A stretch of DNA of 63,337 nucleotides, counting the filler, from Octopus bimaculoides (Eukaryota), in assembly GCF_001194135.2 (NCBI RefSeq). It is 6 parts of 6 records of this genome, joined end to end, with 100 filler letters (N's around TTAATTAATTAA, not from the genome) between each part and the next. Parts side by side here need not be neighbours in the genome. Positions count along the whole stretch, not along the records: positions 1 to 14,884 come from NC_069002.1; 5 more parts are not named here. One strand, written 5' to 3'. Within the stretch, counting starts at the first letter, position 1; every line of letters begins with the position of its first letter. Under the pieces are notes generated by a model. The model did no database searches. It saw only the letters and a program-made list of their open reading frames with translations, and was not told where the DNA came from. Made by a program: the position numbers and the translations under genes. This document shows positions 1 through 13,990 of this stretch, piece by piece.

Positions 1-54
<54 letters not shown>

Positions 55-1389
55 GATATATGTATGTATGTATATATATGCATGTGTGTGTGTATGTGTG
101 TGTTTGTGTGTCTCTGTGTAGATGTATAACCGTATAGCTATACATACAAGTATATATTTGTTCGGGTGTGTTCTTAGTCCGTGTTATGATATTGATGTTT
201 GTGTTGGTCTGTTGTTCATATCTTCAGTTCAGCAGATCAAGTCTTTAATGAAGGAGAATTAATTATAAACGTGCTCACCAACAAAACCTGTTTTCTGTAC
301 CGTTGTTCCAAATACGAATGCAATACATGAATAAATACGCATATATCTCCTTGAATATCCAATCAATGAAAATAGTCGATGTTATCTCCCCACTTCAGCA
401 TATGTGTATCCTCATTGACTTGTGAGTATGCCTGTGTGAGATCGTGTTTGTGAGAGTGTTTCTGAATGTGGTGGCGGTTGGTGGGTGTGATTATATTTCT
501 TTTCTTATTTGAAGTACTTTTGTATTCGTTTTGAATTACATCTGTTTCTGTATGCTCTTCATTATTATAACGTTAAGGCCAGAACTATTTATAAATACAC
601 GTAAATCTAATCGCTATTATACGTGTATACGTATATACATACATTTATAATTACATATGTGTCTGTGTGTTTGTCTGCGTTAGTCTGCGAGCACGTGTCT
701 GTGTGTATGTGTGTACGTGTTTGTGTGTGACTGTGATCATATGTACGCCTATTTGCACACGAATGTGCATTTGTATGCAATCATAGTATTATATTATATT
801 CAGCTTATATATGCTTTGTATGCATACTTGTTGACACTAACAATGTGCAATTTTGTTCGCACAGTTGCACGTAGTCATGTGTATCTAGTCAATATGTGTG
901 CGGGTGTGCGCGCGCTTGTGTGCGAATGTATCAACGCATATTAATAATTATATATAGGTATGCATATATACATATATGCATATATNNNNNNNNNNNNNNN
1001 NNNNNNNNNNNNNNNNNNNNNNNNNNNNNNNNNNNNNNNNNNNNNNNNNNNNNNNNNNNNNNNNNNNNNNNNNNNNNNNNNNNNNNNNNNNNNNNNNNNN
1101 NNNNNNNNNNNNNNNNNNNNNNNNNNNNNNNNNNNNNNNNNNNNNNNNNNNNNNNNNNNNNNNNNNNNNNNNNNNNNNNNNNNNNNNNNNNNNNNNNNNN
1201 NNNNNNNNNNNNNNNNNNNNNNNNNNNNNNNNNNNNNNNNNNNNNNNNNNNNNNNNNNNNNNNNNTATATATATATACATTCATATATGTATAAGCACAC
1301 ATGCCCACAGATATATATTGATATACATAGGTATACGTACATATATGCATATCTCGGTGTGATATTGCGTGTTTGTATTGGATAGTTGT

Positions 1390-1960
1390 GTAAATCGATG
1401 GAAGTAAACGAAGAAATACAAGATTTTACCATTGAACAATATTTGTAGAAATTCGCATCCGCTGCCAAGAGCCATGAGAGGCCATCTATGTACGATACGA
1501 AGTCCACTACCCTCGTCGATCCATTGCCCTCCCCATACAGCCGCACACCGTGCTTCTAAAGAGCTGCCCTACAGAACTGCTCGGAACCAATATGCCAAAA
1601 CCTAATCATGGATTTTTGCCACGTCTTTACCATCAGACGACTTTAGTTCCTTCGCGTTTCGGCACATGGGGTCTAGCTCTGACACCACAGACCTTGAGTT
1701 TCGTTGAGAATAAATGGTCAAGTGCCAATCTTAATCACATGAAGCATGTCGTTCACGACTATTTTATTGATAACCGTTTCTAGGTTGCTAACTAGTTCTC
1801 CCTCTTGTCTATGCCATTCTATTGTTAACGTTTTGTTAAACAGTATCAATTCTACCCTAATGGCTCTCTTTAGCGCGATCCACTGCCACCTAACAAGTTC
1901 ACTAATCCGATCCACGTAGAAAGCCATCCAACCATTCCGAAATTTTGGCCGTACGACATT
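1390..1960 (+). mobile_element. Possible highly decayed LINE (RTE-like) remnant
   Basis: Non-simple, CpG-containing block with weak motifs (EIRIR; RSIAL; LYHQTTLVP; TLSFVENK) scattered across frames. Confidence 0.25.
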
Positions 1961-2199
1961 CACATATTGGAGCCTTATTCGAGAAATGCAGTCAGGTTAG
2001 TTGGCCCCAGTTTATGTAAGATACCAGCTATACCACGGTAGGAGGCTCAAAGAAGATCTGCTTCGTTGAAGTCGTTTCTATACCAGAAACTGCACAGAAG
2101 AGGAACACAACCATACTGAAAGTTTATGCTGCAGCATGGCTCCAGGCCCTGACTGAAATATGAATAATTATTATTTTACTTCTCGGAGTTCACGGTTTT

Positions 2200-2400
2200 A
2201 CTTGCTACGGATGAATCTGTGAGAGCGGTCAGAGTTATCAAATGGTCTCTTTCTGCAAATTTTCGTACTTGGCTGTTGCGCACTCGCTCTTTGAAGATCT
2301 CTACAACTACACCTCGCAATCTCCAAAGTTGTTTTTCAGAATGCTGAATAGGTGGGTATCCTTGAAATGAACGTCACAATACTGGCTTGATTAGATATCT
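2200..2400 (-). mobile_element. Possible ancient RTE LINE remnant
   Basis: Minus translation LIKPVL*...SEKQL...ERVRNSQVR resembles the RTE motifs LxPVLLYG and DRVRNEEVR. Confidence 0.35.
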
Positions 2401-3723
2401 TTCAGTTCCATAAGTCAGAAAAGAGACCTGTATATATATATATATATATANNNNNNNNNNNNNNNNNNNNNNNNNNNNNNNNNNNNNNNNNNNNNNNNNN
2501 NNNNNNNNNNNNNNNNNNNNNNNNNNNNNNNNNNNNNNNNNNNNNNNNNNNNNNNNNNNNNNNNNNNNNNNNNNNNNNAATCACTGCATATCTTTCACGC
2601 CATTTTTCTAGGGAGTAGAGCTCCGTTTCCTTTTGCCTCTTCCGGTAGCTCATCTGTTTCACCGAGTCGACCTTCTTTCTCTAGTGGCACAGGACTACAT
2701 GAAGTTACCCAACAATTTTTCAAAACGCAACAGATATAATCTCCAATCATTACAATATTAGTTTGAATTCTTAGAGATTTGCTCCCAATTTATATGCGGA
2801 TATGTGTCTACTAACCCTTGCCAAATTCATATGTGATATTTCTTTAGAGGCTTGTCACTCTAAAAACGTTTTTTATGCTTACTCTTTCTGGAAAGTGATT
2901 AAAAATTTAGATCTCACCTATTAGCAAAAATGTGATTAAATTTATATTATGGTTACAATATGATGTGAGGGAAATCGCAGTTCTAGGATTACGTTATAAT
3001 CTGCAGATTTATGTCGTCACTTATAATGAGCTGTTTCAGAAATACTAACATCTGATCTATACAAAACTTTAAACGTTTATAGGATTCTTTGGATATGTGA
3101 ATTTTCGGTAACCTATTAAAATTGATTGATTTTGCTAAAAAATAATTTAAATAATTCAAGTGCTTTTCCACGAAATATCTTTTGAATTTCTGTTAGATTT
3201 CAAATACTGCTCATTGTTTGTTTGTTGGCGTAGGTGTCTAATTTCTATTCAAATGGTGGTCATCTAATTGTTCCCAGGTAATTTCCCTGTAATGTTCTCA
3301 TTCATTACCACGCTGACTCATCCTTTGTCATTTTGTTAAATTTCTATAGATCTAAATTTCTCTAGAGCTTACAAGGCATTGTCTTCACGCATCGTAATAT
3401 TTCATTTTGTGTTATTTACTAGTAAGTTGCATCTCTTTGATCTTTACGAAACATTCTAGATGTTCCTTTTAAAATTAAATTAACATCCATTTTTTTTTAA
3501 CAAGAGATGGATCTTGATTAATTTTGTTTTTCGAAATTTTCAAAAAGTATTCTTCGATATCGACAATAAAATCTAGTTTTTTGTTAGGAACTTCGGATGA
3601 GGTGTTTCCGTTAATAAAATAAACTGTAATATGTTTCGTATAATAATGATAATGACAATGATGAAGATGATGATGGTGATGATGATTATAATAGCAACAA
3701 AAACAACAATAATAATAATAATG

Positions 3724-3757
<34 letters not shown>

Positions 3758-4047
3758 TGAATAACAATAGAAACGCATCCTTAGAAACACCTTATCAATT
3801 TGAATGTTACCGTTGTGTTGTGTTAAAGGAATGTATTTACATAATACCTTCCCCCCTCTAATTCCCCACCCTGACCTCTCAGTCATTTCAAAAAATCTCT
3901 TAGCCATCATTTGCCTTCCCTAGGACGCTGAGTGTGTCCAGGCAAATGAATGCATGAAATATGCAGGTAAAAGAAAAATAACAACAGTAATCATGATGAT
4001 GTTTATGATAATGATGATTATGATGATCGTAATAATAATGATGATGA

Positions 4048-4280
4048 TATGGGCTACTCGACCTGAAGAAAATTCTAACTGGGCGCCACCTGCGAGGTCA
4101 TGCGCTGTTTATCTTGATATGAGATCACCAGGTCGCGCACATATGGTTGTGATCCATGCGCCTGGTGTACCCTTATCAGACGGGTGGTCATGATGGGTAT
4201 AATGGGCTTCATATATTTTACCCCAGTGTCACTTTGATGGCATGCTCTGCTCTCTCAAATAATAATAATAATAATAATGA
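4048..4280 (+). repeat. Interspersed repeat with an (AAT)n tail, probably a retroposon 3' end
   Basis: GC-richer block bounded by (ATG)n upstream and (AAT)n downstream; the family assignment comes from recall only. Confidence 0.45.
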
Positions 4281-5110
4281 CTTCTTAAAATTTTTATTCT
4301 TTCCTTCTCTCTTTCTTTCCTCCCCTTTGTCTCTATCACATGACTGTATGTATATATNNNNNNNNNNNNNNNNNNNNNNNNNNNNNNNNNNNNNNNNNNN
4401 NNNNNNNNNNNNNNNNNNNNNNNNNNNNNNNNNNNNNNNNNNNNNNNNNNNNNNNNNNNNNNNNNNNNNNNNNNNNNNNNNNNNNNNNNNNNNNNNNNNN
4501 NNNNNNNNNNNNNNNNNNNNNNNNNNNNNNNNNNNNNNNNNNNNNNNNNNNNNNNNNNNNNNNNNNNNNNNNNNNNNNNNNNNNNNNNNNNNNNNNNNNN
4601 NNNNNNNNNNNNNNNNNNNNNNNNNNNNNNNNNNNNNNNNNNNNNNNNNNNNNNNNNNNNNNNNNNNNNNNNNNNNNNNNNNNNNNNNNNNNNNNNNNNN
4701 NNNNNNNNNNNNNNNNNNNNNNNNNNNNNNNNNNNNNNNNNNNNNNNNNNNNNNNNNNNNNNNNNNNNNNNNNNNNNNNNNNNNNNNNNNNNNNNNNNNN
4801 NNNNNNNNNNNNNNNNNNNNNNNNNNNNNNNNNNNNNNNNNNNNNNNNNNNNNNNNNNNNNNNNNNNNNNNNNNNNNNNNNNNNNNNNNNNNNNNNNNNN
4901 NNNNNNNNNNNNNNNNNNNNNNNNNNNNNNNNNNNNNNNNNNNNNNNNNNNNNNNNNNNNNNNNNNNNNNNNNNNNNNNNNNNNNNNNNNNNNNNNNNNN
5001 NNNNNNNNNNNNNNNNNNNNNNNNNNNNNNNNNNNNNNNNNNNNNNNNNNNNNNNNNNNNNNNNNNNNNNNNNNNNNNNNNNNNNNNNNNNNNNNNNTAT
5101 ATATATATAT

Positions 5111-5141
<31 letters not shown>

Positions 5142-5264
5142 TAGATATATATGCGTGTGTGTGTGTGTGTGTGTGTGTGTCTCTGTGTGTGTATATACAT
5201 ATATATACCCACAAATATGTATAATGATATCTGTATATATAAATATATATATGTGTGTTGTATG

Positions 5265-5307
<43 letters not shown>

Positions 5308-6027
5308 ATATATAGGTATTTATATATACATATATTTAGTTACATAACTATCTATCTATCTACCTACCTATATATATATTTATACTTATATATCAGCTAC
5401 ACATGCTATTCAATTTTATCCACACACTTTCTGCACAACTACTTCAGCATATCACTATATTTACATAGAAGTGGCTTGCAGAGCAACAATAATGAACAAC
5501 AACAACATGACCAACAACACACACAAATATATCAACAGTATCCCCATCAATAACAATAGCAAAAGCAGTCATATTACAATATATTTACATATTACCATGG
5601 AAAGAACAAACAACAGCAGCAGCAAAAACAACATTTGATTATCGAAGCATAACTACACAGTAGAGTGCGCACATTTAACTCAAGTTATATAAGGAGTTCC
5701 TGTACGATGCTATACTGTACAAAATCTAACTAACATTGAATAGTTTTGCTGTTGTTGTTGTTGTTGTCGTTTTGCAAAAAGAACGTTATTGTTTGTATAT
5801 TTATCAGCATAAATATTCAAAGATATCCGTTCTTGTTTGTGTTGTTATTATCGTTCTTGTTGTTGTTCACGATATTCCTTCTTACATTTGTTTTTCTGCT
5901 TTTTTTTTCGTTTAATCGGGTAGTTTGAGAATGGAAAAATCAGAGAGAAAAGTTGCAGCATGCTTCGGGATATGCCAACGTGTCCGGTATAATTTTCGGC
6001 ACATTACAAACGATATACGAAGCAAAT

Positions 6028-6306
6028 TATAATAATAATAATAATTATAAGAAGAAGAAGTAGTAGTAGTAGTAGAAAAGAAGAAAAAGAAGAAGAAGAA
6101 GAAGAAGAAGAAGAAGAAGAAGAAGAACAACAACAACAACAACAACAACAACAACCACAAGAAAGAAAGAAAGAAGGAAAAAGTGAAGAAAAGGATGAAG
6201 GAGAGGAAAAGGTGAAGAAGAATATTCATAATAATAACAGTAGAGAAGATGGTAATACTAATAAGGAAGTAGCATCGAAAATGGCAAGGAAAACAAAGAG
6301 AAGAAA

Positions 6307-6374
<68 letters not shown>

Positions 6375-6398
6375 TAAGAAGTATACTAATAATGATAA

Positions 6399-6448
<50 letters not shown>

Positions 6449-6480
6449 TTGATGATGATGCTGATGATGATTTCATTTAC
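6028..6480. repeat. Compound trinucleotide microsatellite (TAA, GAA, TAG, CAA)
   Basis: Directly visible consecutive runs. Confidence 0.95.
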
Positions 6481-6509
6481 TTGCTGCAAGGGCGAAGGAT
6501 GAGGGGCAC

Positions 6510-7095
6510 AATGCAAAAATAGACATAAAGTATGAGGTTTACATATAATAATTAAATGATAAAAAATACGTATACACGGTGTACACTGGAATGAAATGCT
6601 TATATGCATAGCGTAAAAAGCTAAAAGAAAAAGGTAGGGAATGATATATATGTGGCCCTCGTGATATAGGAACGCATCTAGGGATAGTCGTGATACCCCA
6701 CTGTCCGAGGTTTCCCTGAAACCCTAGGAACAAGTGCTCTCTCCAGTTCCTTGTCTCCAACTCACAGCTCTACACTTAGAGAAGTAACCTCCACTCTTGC
6801 CATTTTCGCAAATTTCATCCACCTTTCAATAACCTCGCTGGAAGACAACACTACCCTCTCCACTCTAACTTGCCATTTCAAATGAAACTTGAAAAAGTCA
6901 ATGAGAGCTCTACCAAAGAGGAATATATCCGTCCTCATGCCTTTCAGCCTTGTCTACCAACCAACCTCTTTCGCCAAAGCCACCAGGCAAACGGAAACTG
7001 CTTTGCCTCCTCGATTGAAGGAGGGCGGCGGTGAAATCATTACTGCAGACTCGGCCGACAGACGGATCCGACACACACGTGACATCGAACATGAT
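6510..7095 (-). mobile_element. L1/Tx1-like LINE 3' fragment
   Basis: Minus translation CLVALAKEVGW*TRLKGMRTDIFLFGRALIDFFKFHLKWQVRVERVVLSSSEVIERWMKFAKM...EL* (stop at 6762), typical of Tx1 ORF2 C-termini, followed by a UTR. Confidence 0.7.
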
Positions 7096-8055
7096 TTAGT
7101 TTAGTACAGCACCATTTATCTGGGTAGCAGACAATAATTGTTTTGTTGCCCAATGTAATCAAACATTATATAAGTATATCAAAGAATCCTGAGAAGAGAA
7201 ATATAAATAACACAACCATGCAAATGATCCGCAATTTAACAAGTATTTAAATAGCGTTAAACTAAAGAGTACGTCTCTAATGTCTATGATGGCTCATTTC
7301 GTAAACTGAAAATGGAATGTGTTGCATTCCTCTCCAAATTTATGTTTATAGACATATTTATAGACAGTGAGAATATTGCTTCAAATATATGCGACAGGGA
7401 AATCATATCCGCTTAAAAAATGTATACTGGACATAAACTAATGTTAAACCACCAAACTAAAATTTATTTTGCTTGAAGCAAACACAGGACATAATGGTAT
7501 CACCTCACTTACTGTTTCTTCGCCTCTAGTTATCTACTTCTGCGACACAAATATACATAATCATATAGACTTACATAAACTCACACACAGGCACACATAC
7601 ACGCGCGCGCATACACGAATCCAAACACACATAAATACATATATTTATATAGAGTCTATGTGCATGAGATTGCCTAATGCATGAGGTGATCATATTAATC
7701 GAGCAGTGTAACATTAGTGATCATGACAGGAGAATGGTTTGTTGTCTGAAAAACATGCCAACATGAAGTTTTAAAATACTTAACATTTACTAGATCAGCT
7801 CATTGCGAAAAATCTATACGCTACTACAAGAAGAATGCAAATATCTTATATGCCTATGCATACATATATACTTATATATACGCATATATATGTGTGCGCC
7901 TGTATGTATTTTGTGTGTAGTTGTGTGTGTATATATATGTATGTATATATAAATATACATACATGTATATACATATATATGTATGCATGTACATACGAAT
8001 ATTTTACTTGTACATGCATTCATATACATATATTCATAGATAGATACATAGATAC

Positions 8056-8114
<59 letters not shown>

Positions 8115-8554
8115 CACACACGTAAAAATGTGAGAAATTGAAAGATGTACGCATGCGTAGCTTTTCTGGAAAAAAACAACTGCATTCAGCCAAGAAGAGT
8201 GACAGCATATACGTCTTACTTTTAAATATATAGTATGTATATATTTGTCTACATGTAAGATGAATTTATATACGGGTGCGTGTGTGCGTGCGTGTGCTCT
8301 TGTGTACACGTACATGCTTGTGTGAGTGCCTTTGGGTTTGTGTTTGGCGATATTTGCATACGTATTATACCATATATGTATGCATGCGTTGCTACGTTAG
8401 TGTAATACTCCCCTGCTTCAATCAATACCCAAGTCATTGCAAGTAGGAGTTTGTATTATTTCCTTTGGTGACATGTGCGATAGAATATATATATATATAT
8501 ATACNNNNNNNNNNNNNNNNNNNNNNNNNNNNNNNNNNNNNNNNNNNNNNNNNN

Positions 8555-8587
<33 letters not shown>

Positions 8588-8869
8588 ATGTGTGTGTATA
8601 TATATGCATTATAAATGTATGTGTGTATGTACATATCGTGGTGTAGGATGCTTATGCATGATATAACATCATTTGGTATTCTGTGATATGGAATAAGATG
8701 AGATCATATAGAATGATGGTGTCTGTAACATATGGTATCATATGCATTATTAAACGTGTTATCTTTACTTTTGCTTTTTCATAAAATGGAATAACTTAAG
8801 ATCTATATGACATTATTCTGCATGACATCCCATAATCTTTTATTCTTTAAATCCTTTTTCTGTTTTCAT

Positions 8870-9110
8870 TCGTTGCCTTGCGGCCATGCTATTACTCATC
8901 CCTGGCGAGGTCGTTGGATCATATCGCATCCCGTTCTCATGCGAACGTTCACAATTCTTGCAACTGTTATATTTTGAACACCCAATATTCAGACAACTGT
9001 AAACATTCACTACACACGTGTGCGTCACCGGCAGAGTCGACGATGGTCTACCAGGCCTTCGACCAACTTGTGTCATGCTGCCGATGAAGCTTGCTATATT
9101 CAAATGATGA
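8870..9110 (+). mobile_element. Possible mariner transposase C-terminal remnant
   Basis: Frameshifted EHP.YS-like motif and YQAFDQLVSC, resembling FYxxGIDKLVSRW. Confidence 0.4.
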
Positions 9111-9289
9111 AACATAAATACACATAAATAAGCAATATTTGCATCAGTAAATATTACAGGCAAATCAACTTTCTTCCTTCAACATCGCTTTGTCACACAA
9201 AATCCTTCAAAAATTTAACTACACTGTTAATAATATATTCCTGAATATTGTCTACAAATGCTTGTTAAAGTTCCGCTACCGTGGCAGTA

Positions 9290-9720
9290 ACTTGACAATA
9301 CAAATCGCAGGGTCTTCGCCAGAAGGATACATCGGGACACGTTTATAGCTCCACGTAGTTGTTGAAGAAACACCTCGCAGATCGTTTAGATCGATGACGA
9401 AAATGGTTATCTGGAAGAGAATATCGTATATGCAATGGAATGTCTTAACCAATAGTTTAAATGCATATTTCAAATATTATCGGTGTAGTTTCAAATATCG
9501 GTGAGTGTAGATTATGAAGAAGCACACAGTGTCAACGGTGGGGTCATTTCTGGTGGAGTGTTTCGTCGAACCGAGTGAAGTTCATGATCGACAGTATAAT
9601 GAATGTATCACAACTGATGAGCTAATTTTCTCGTACATCGATAAGGATGCACGTTTAGTCGGTCCTCAATCGAGTGAACATGTCGACCGTTGCGCGAAAC
9701 TGGGGTGCAATGTGTAAATT
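9290..9720 (-). mobile_element. Mariner transposase remnant (HTH region)
   Basis: Minus translation RNGRHVHSIEDRLNVHPYRCTRKLAHQL*YIHYTVDHELHS resembles the mariner second HTH (P..TTRELA..LGVSHSTV..HL). Confidence 0.5.
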
Positions 9721-9839
9721 GTCGACATTTTATATTTTTAATTTCACGCAAGCGCATTGTTTGCTTTTAATTCTGTCGACTGCACAGTATAGTAGCGCCA
9801 GTTGAACACCGTATGTGAGAGAAACAGCCCCAGGAGTCA

Positions 9840-10500
9840 ATTTAGAAACGACATGCTTTCCTTCTGGCCATTCGCACCAGAAGCTCCAATACGAATATTT
9901 CAGAGTGTTTGCCTGGCAATCTGAGAACAGTGCGGAGGATTCGGAGTTGGATGAGTCTGATAATGATCACGGCGTTTCAAGTGATCATTAGTGATGGCGA
10001 CGTTATGTCTCCATTCATTTTCCCATAGGGACTCAGAATCAACACGGAGGTCTACATCAAGTGCCTGGAGGTCGTGCTGCTGCCCTGGGTGAAGAAGGTG
10101 GCTGATACAAAAGCTATTTCTGGCAACAGGCCTCTGCATCATACCATACAAGCAGAACACAGTCAAGGCTGTCTGACGTTTTCTGCGACTTCATCGCCCT
10201 AGCATCTGCCAACCTAACACGCCAGACTGCAACCCCCCCCTCATTATTATGTGTGGGGCGCTGCTGGGCGAGAGACCAACATAGCTCCTTGTGACAACAA
10301 AAATAAATTGAAGGCAAGTAATATGGCATCATTCACCAACTTAAATAAGGAGACCGTCCAGAAGATTTACAGGAGATTGCAAAGTCGTCTGGAGGTGGTG
10401 GTTGAAGCCAATGCCGATTTTAGTGAATGAATTTACTCTTTAGTATTACTGGATATTGTTATGTAATTTTGGTAAATATATCTTTTAAAATGAGATGTCA
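9840..10500 (+). mobile_element. Tc1/mariner (DD37D maT-like) transposase pseudogene with internal deletion
   Basis: N-terminus RHAFLLAIRTRSSNTNISECL..NLRTVRRIR fused near 9972 to the catalytic region: SDGDVMSPFIFP, INTEVYIKCLEVVLLPWVKKVA, WQQASA, PNTPDCNP, YYVWGA..RETN, SRLEVVVEANADFSE* (stop at 10430). The catalytic Asp residues are mutated. Confidence 0.9.
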
Positions 10501-12760
10501 NNNNNNNNNNNNNNNNNNNNNNNNNNNNNNNNNNNNNNNNNNNNNNNNNNNNNNNNNNNNNNNNNNNNNNNNNNNNNNNNNNNNNNNNNNNNNNNNNNNN
10601 NNNNNNNNNNNNNNNNNNNNNNNNNNNNNNNNNNNNNNNNNNNNNNNNNNNNNNNNNNNNNNNNNNNNNNNNNNNNNNNNNNNNNNNNNNNNNNNNNNNN
10701 NNNNNNNNNNNNNNNNNNNNNNNNNNNNNNNNNNNNNNNNNNNNNNNNNNNNNNNNNNNNNNNNNNNNNNNNNNNNNNNNNNNNNNNNNNNNNNNNNNNN
10801 NNNNNNNNNNNNNNNNNNNNNNNNNNNNNNNNNNNNNNNNNNNNNNNNNNNNNNNNNNNNNNNNNNNNNNNNNNNNNNNNNNNNNNNNNNNNNNNNNNNN
10901 NNNNNNNNNNNNNNNNNNNNNNNNNNNNNNNNNNNNNNNNNNNNNNNNNNNNNNNNNNNNNNNNNNNNNNNNNNNNNNNNNNNNNNNNNNNNNNNNNNNN
11001 NNNNNNNNNNNNNNNNNNNNNNNNNNNNNNNNNNNNNNNNNNNNNNNNNNNNNNNNNNNNNNNNNNNNNNNNNNNNNNNNNNNNNNNNNNNNNNNNNNNN
11101 NNNNNNNNNNNNNNNNNNNNNNNNNNNNNNNNNNNNNNNNNNNNNNNNNNNNNNNNNNNNNNNNNNNNNNNNNNNNNNNNNNNNNNNNNNNNNNNNNNNN
11201 NNNNNNNNNNNNNNNNNNNNNNNNNNNNNNNNNNNNNNNNNNNNNNNNNNNNNNNNNNNNNNNNNNNNNNNNNNNNNNNNNNNNNNNNNNNNNNNNNNNN
11301 NNNNNNNNNNNNNNNNNNNNNNNNNNNNNNNNNNNNNNNNNNNNNNNNNNNNNNNNNNNNNNNNNNNNNNNNNNNNNNNNNNNNNNNNNNNNNNNNNNNN
11401 NNNNNNNNNNNNNNNNNNNNNNNNNNTATATATATATATATGTATGTATATACATATATATACGCATATATATAGAACTCAAATAGACGCATGTATATAT
11501 TGATGTAGTTGTATACGTATATCATATACTTACTCTATATGCATATACGTGTGTATACAGACGCATACATATGTGATTGTGAAATCAGAGGATAAACACC
11601 GCGAACCATAATAGAGTTGTTACACATTACATAAGTAGATTGTACATTCATATATTAAAAAGGAAAACCTTATAGGCACGTATGTGTTTCAAAAGATATC
11701 GAATTTCATGGAAACACTAGCAGAAAATATAATAATAAAAAAATATAAAAAAGTTGCTAATCCACACTTTTATACCTAGGTGAATGTGAATACATCCAAC
11801 AGATTTCTTCGAGAAATAAGATATAATCAACAAAATAATAAAGAAAGACATCTATTGGTATGAAGAAACTGCTTTCCTGTAGGGAAGTGCAACTGAACAA
11901 GAAACGTATTCCATCTATAGGAATGAAGATCAGAGTCTCTATTTTCAAATGTACAAATACATACATACATAAGGTGTGCATATATATATATATNNNNNNN
12001 NNNNNNNNNNNNNNNNNNNNNNNNNNNNNNNNNNNNNNNNNNNNNNNNNNNNNNNNNNNNNNNNNNNNNNNNNNNNNNNNNNNNNNNNNNNNNNNNNNNN
12101 NNNNNNNNNNNNNNNNNNNNNNNNNNNNNNNNNNNNNNNNNNNNNNNNNNNNNNNNNNNNNNNNNNNNNNNNNNNNNNNNNNNNNNNNNNNNNNNNNNNN
12201 NNNNNNNNNNNNNNNNNNNNNNNNNNNNNNNNNNNNNNNNNNNNNNNNNNNNNNNNNNNNNNNNNNNNNNNNNNNNNNNNNNNNNNNNNNNNNNNNNNNN
12301 NNNNNNNNNNNNNNNNNNNNNNNNNNNNNNNNNNNNNNNNNNNNNNNNNNNNNNNNNNNNNNNNNNNNNNNNNNNNNNNNNNNNNNNNNNNNNNNNNNNN
12401 NNNNNNNNNNNNNNNNNNNNNNNNNNNNNNNNNNNNNNNNNNNNNNNNNNNNNNNNNNNNNNNNNNNNNNNNNNNNNNNNNNNNNNNNNNNNNNNNNNNN
12501 NNNNNNNNNNNNNNNNNNNNNNNNNNNNNNNNNNNNNNNNNNNNNNNNNNNNNNNNNNNNNNNNNNNNNNNNNNNNNNNNNNNNNNNNNNNNNNNNNNNN
12601 NNNNNNNNNNNNNNNNNNNNNNNNNNNNNNNNNNNNNNNNNNNNNNNNNNNNNNNNNNNNNNNNNNNNNNNNNNNNNNNNNNNNNNNNNNNNNNNNNNNN
12701 NNNNNNNNNNNNNNNNNNNNNNNNNNNNNNNNNNNNNNNNNNNNNNNNNNNNNNNNNNNN

Positions 12761-12796
<36 letters not shown>

Positions 12797-13304
12797 TAAA
12801 AATATATTTCCTCTAGTCAAAGTAAAGAGAAATCTGTCGCCCTATAACTTAAAATATCTTGAAACGAGTATAACATCCTCCGATGTAAAGCTTCTCATAC
12901 ACAAACATTCTTTATTTTTATCTGGGTTTTACATTTATTGATACGTTACATAATATGGTGCTTTCAATACATATTTACTATATTTCCTTATATCTCCAAT
13001 GCTACACACACATGCACACGCACACACATATACATGACTTTCATACACGTATTTCGCGTTATATATTTTCGCAAATATATACGAATATTCATGTTATTTT
13101 TAGCATGAACCGATTTACAGAAGTCACCGGACGTTCTTCTGTAAACATTTCGTTATATGCAACATCCGGGTGAGTGTGACATGACTTCAATATTTGTTAT
13201 TTTTAATGTTTTCTTTTCTAAATTCTTGTATCTTCTGGATAAGTTCCATTAATCATATTCGGCGCGAGACATCCAATTTATGTAAATATCTATCTATCTA
13301 CATA

Positions 13305-13357
<53 letters not shown>

Positions 13358-13377
13358 GGCTGGTTGTCTATCTACAA

Positions 13378-13630
13378 GAAGGCTCGTGGCTTAATGGTTA
13401 GTGTATTATCCTCACGAGTTCGATTCTTTTTCGATCGTTGTCTCCTTGAGCGGGACACTGTACTTCATGTTGTTCCAAACGACTCAGCTGGCGAAAACTG
13501 GTTGTGACTGTATTTCAAGGAGCTAACTTCATCACACTCTATATTGCACTGAATGTTCCTCAGAATTACATTAAGTGTATGTGAGTCTGTAGTAGTCTCA
13601 CTCACTTGCACGTTAATTTCATGAGCAGGA
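13378..13630 (+). mobile_element. Diverged tRNA-headed SINE (family C/D)
   Basis: TGGCTTAATGG (A box), GAGTTCGATT (B box), TCCTTGAGCGGGACACTGTACTTCA body. A related head lies at 49205-49420. Confidence 0.7.
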
Positions 13631-13779
13631 AAAATACTCCATAATCACTCACTTTGCTCAAACAAATATATCAGGCAAACAAAACAAAAATATTTGTAGA
13701 TCAGTAAGAACTCCATTTAATCCTAAAGCAAGGTCCGTACTTGAGTGAACGAACATACAGGTAGATTAGTTAACTATGA

Positions 13780-13990
13780 TTTGATTCAACATATTTCTGT
13801 CCCAGATTCACACACCTGTTGCATCGGTCCTTCAGTTTTTCTAAGCCACCTGTAAAAGAACACGGAATTTTTGGCCTCCAACCAAGCCTTTCATGATACT
13901 CTTAAAGGAACCTTTCAGCAATCCCTCGAATATTAGGTAAGAAAATTCCGAGGTAAATGTAGATAATACCTACACACAATGAATGTTCAT
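13780..13990 (-). mobile_element. Mariner transposase C-terminal remnant
   Basis: Minus translation AWLEAKNSVFFYR / GLEKLKDRCNRCVNLGQKYVE. Confidence 0.6.
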
